From Callorhinchus milii (lineage: Eukaryota): a stretch of DNA of 38,752 nt. Every line of letters begins with the position of its first letter. The stretch's first letter is position 1. Position numbers and translations under genes: made by a program. Below, piece by piece: positions 35,701 through 38,752 of this stretch. The DNA lies in NCBI RefSeq assembly GCF_018977255.1, contig NW_024705504.1, positions 1 to 38,752 of the forward strand. Reading direction: 5' to 3'. The notes below the pieces were generated by a model. The model was not told the DNA's origin. It ran no database searches and saw nothing but the letters and a program-made list of their open reading frames with translations.

Positions 35701-38700
35701 ACCCACACACCCACTCGCCCACAACTCACTCACCACTGACCCACACACCCACTCGCCCACCAGTGGACACATACCGGCTCACTCAGATACAGGTGCCCGT
35801 GGACACAGCCACTCACCACCCATCCACCCACCACTCACACAGCCACTCACCCACCACTCACTCACCCTCATACCCACTGACCCACACACCCACTTACCCA
35901 CCAACTCACCCGCACACCCACTCACCCACCAATTCACCCACCCACTCACCCAGACACCCACTTACCCACCAACTCACCCGCACACCCACCCAACCACTCG
36001 CGCACACACACACTCACTCACTGACCAACCCACTCACTCACCAAACTCACCCACCCACACACCCATGCACCCACCAACTCACACAGCCACTCAGCCACTA
36101 ACTCACTCACCCACTGACCCACACACCCACTCGCCCACACAACTCACTCACCCTCATACCCACTGACCCACACCCCACTCACCCACCAACTCACTCACCC
36201 ACTGACCCACACACCCACTCACCCACCAACTCACTCACCTCATACCCACTGACCACACCCACTCGCCCACCAACTCACTCACCCACTGACCCCACACCCA
36301 CTCACCCACCAACTCACTCACCCTTCATACCCACTGACCCACACACCCACTCACCTCCAACTCACTCACCCACTGACCCACACACCACCAACTACTCACC
36401 CTCATACCCACTGCCATACACCCACTCACCTACCAACTCACTACCCACTGACCCACACACCCACCAACTCACTCACCCTCATACCCACTGACCCACACAC
36501 CCACTCACCACCCACTCACCCTCGTACCCACTGACCCACACACCCACTCGACCCACCAACTCACTCACCCTCATACCCACTGACCCACACACCCACTCAC
36601 CCACCCACTCACTCACCCTCATACCCACTGACCCACACACCCACTCACGCACCAAACTCACTCACCCACTGACCCCACCAACCCACCAACTCACTCACCC
36701 TCGTACCCCTGACCCACACACCCACTCGCCCACCAACTCACTCACCCACTGACCCACACACCCACTCGCCCACCAGTGGACCACACTACGGCTCACTCAG
36801 ATACAGGTGCCCTGGACACAGCCACTCACCCACCCATCACCCACCAACTCAACAGCCACTCACCCACCTACTCACTCACCCTCATACCCACTGACCACAC
36901 ACCACTTACCCACCAACTCACCCGCACACCCACTCACCCACCAATTCACCCACCCACTCACCCAGACACCCACTTACCACCAACTCACCCGCACACCCAC
37001 CCAACCACTCGCGCACAACACACTCACTCACTGACCAACCCACTCACTCACCAACTACCCACCCACACACCCATGCACCCACCAACTCACACAGCCACTC
37101 AGCCACTAACTCACTCACCCACTGACCCACACACCCACTCGCCCACCAACTCACTCACCCTCATACCCACTGACCCACACACCCACTCACCCACCAACTC
37201 ACTCACCACTGACCCACACACCCACTCACCCACCAACTCACTCACCCACTGACCCACACCCACTCACCCACCAACTCACTCACCTCATACCCACTGACCC
37301 ACAACCCACTCGCCCACCAAACTCACTCACCCACTGACCCACACACCCACTCACCCACCAACTCACTCACCCTCATACCCACTGACCCACACACCCACTC
37401 ACCTACCAACTCACTCACCCACTGACCACCCACCCACCAACTCACTCACCCTCATACCCACTGACCCACACACCCACTCACCCACCAACTCACTCATCCA
37501 CTGACCCACACACCCACTCACCCACCAACTCACTCACCCACTCACTCACCACACTCCACCAACTCACTCACCACCTCACTCCACTACCCACATCATCTCA
37601 CCAACTCACTCACTCACCCACTGACCCACACACCCACACACACCAACTCACTCACCCTCATACCCACTGACCCATACACCCACTCACCTACCAACTCACT
37701 CACCCACTGACCCACACCACCACCAACTCACTCACCCTCGTACCCACTGACCCACAACACCCACTCGCCCACCAACTCACTCACCCTCATACCCACTGAC
37801 CCACACACCCACTCACCCACCACTCACTCACCCTCATACCCACTGACCCACACACCCACTCACGCACCAACTCACTCACCCACTGACCCACACACCCACC
37901 AACTCACTCACCCTCATACCCACTGACCCACACACCCACTCACCTACCAACTCATTCACCCACTGACCCACACACCCACCAACTCACTCACCCTCATACC
38001 ACTGACCCACACACCCACTCACCCTCGTACCCACTGACCCACACACCCACTCGCCCACCAACTCACTCACCCTCATACCCACTGACCCCACACACCCACT
38101 CGCCCACCAACTCACTCACGCACTGACCCACACACCCACTCACCCACCCACTCACCCTCGTACCCACTGACCCACACACCCACTCGCCCACCAACTCACT
38201 CACCCACTGACCCACACACCACTCGCCCACCAACTCACTCACCCTCGTACCCACTGACCCACACACCCACTCACCCACCCACCCACTCACCCTCATACCC
38301 ACTGACCCACACACCCACTCACCACCAACTCACTCACCCTCATACCCACTGACCCACACACCCACTCGCCCACCAACTCACTCACCCTCATATCCACTGA
38401 CCCACACACCACTCACTCACCAACTCACTCACCCTCATACCCACTGACCCACACACCCACTCGCCCACCAACTCACTCACCCACTGACCCACACACCGAC
38501 TCGCCCACCAACTCACTCCCCTCGTACCCACTGACCCACACACCCACTCGCCCACCCACCCACTCACCCTCATACCACTGACCCACACCCACTCGCCCAC
38601 CAACTCACTCACCCTCATACCACTGACCCACACACCCACTCGCCCACCAACTCACTCACCCACTGACCCACACACCGACTCGCCCACCAACTCACTCACC

Positions 38701-38752
38701 CTCGTACCCACTGACCACACACCCACTCGCCACCCACCCACTCACCCTCATA
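29796..38752. repeat. C/A-rich satellite (CCCACTGACCCACACACCCACTCACCCACCAACTCACTCA variants) with 1-2-kb higher-order units carrying LRRC8 exon-end copies
   Basis: Visible directly. CCAGTGGAC...CAGGTGCCC copies at 31310, 33282, 34547, 35760 and 36773. Confidence 0.97.

Noticed and set aside
30761..38639. Many Trp/Val/Gly-rich or His/Pro/Thr-rich ORFs
   Set aside because: Satellite translations.
29796..38752. Telomeric repeat
   Set aside because: No (CCCTAA)n; the units are longer and contain exon-derived sequence.

Overview
Eukaryotic, repeat-rich window, most likely a lamprey-type vertebrate (inferred from very GC3-rich exons and the repeat complement). Positions 1-1708 are AT-rich and hold two exons resembling NCAPG2, with a 1-nt frameshift. 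Positions 1826-4294 are Penelope-like retroelement fragments: an RT piece, a GIY-YIG endonuclease, hammerhead-bearing pLTRs and a ~1.9-kb palindrome. Positions 6150-13544 hold six exons of an unusually intron-rich, apparently disabled LRRC8 (VRAC) gene, with satellites, SINEs, MITEs and solo LTRs in its introns. A 30-N gap follows. Positions 13930-~24750 look statistically random, with no genes or repeats I can see, and may be masked or synthetic rather than biological. Then comes the 3' end of a retrovirus-like provirus: the C-terminus of a membrane-anchored Env resembling a viral F protein (lokiretrovirus-like, inferred), a U-tract/PPT, and a putative ~4.3-kb LTR bounded by TGTTGTAT...ATACAACA. 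The provirus sits in a C/A-rich satellite that carries amplified copies of an LRRC8 exon end and splice donor. The most unusual real signal is the giant LTR with an F-like env; its gag/pol region cannot be read here.
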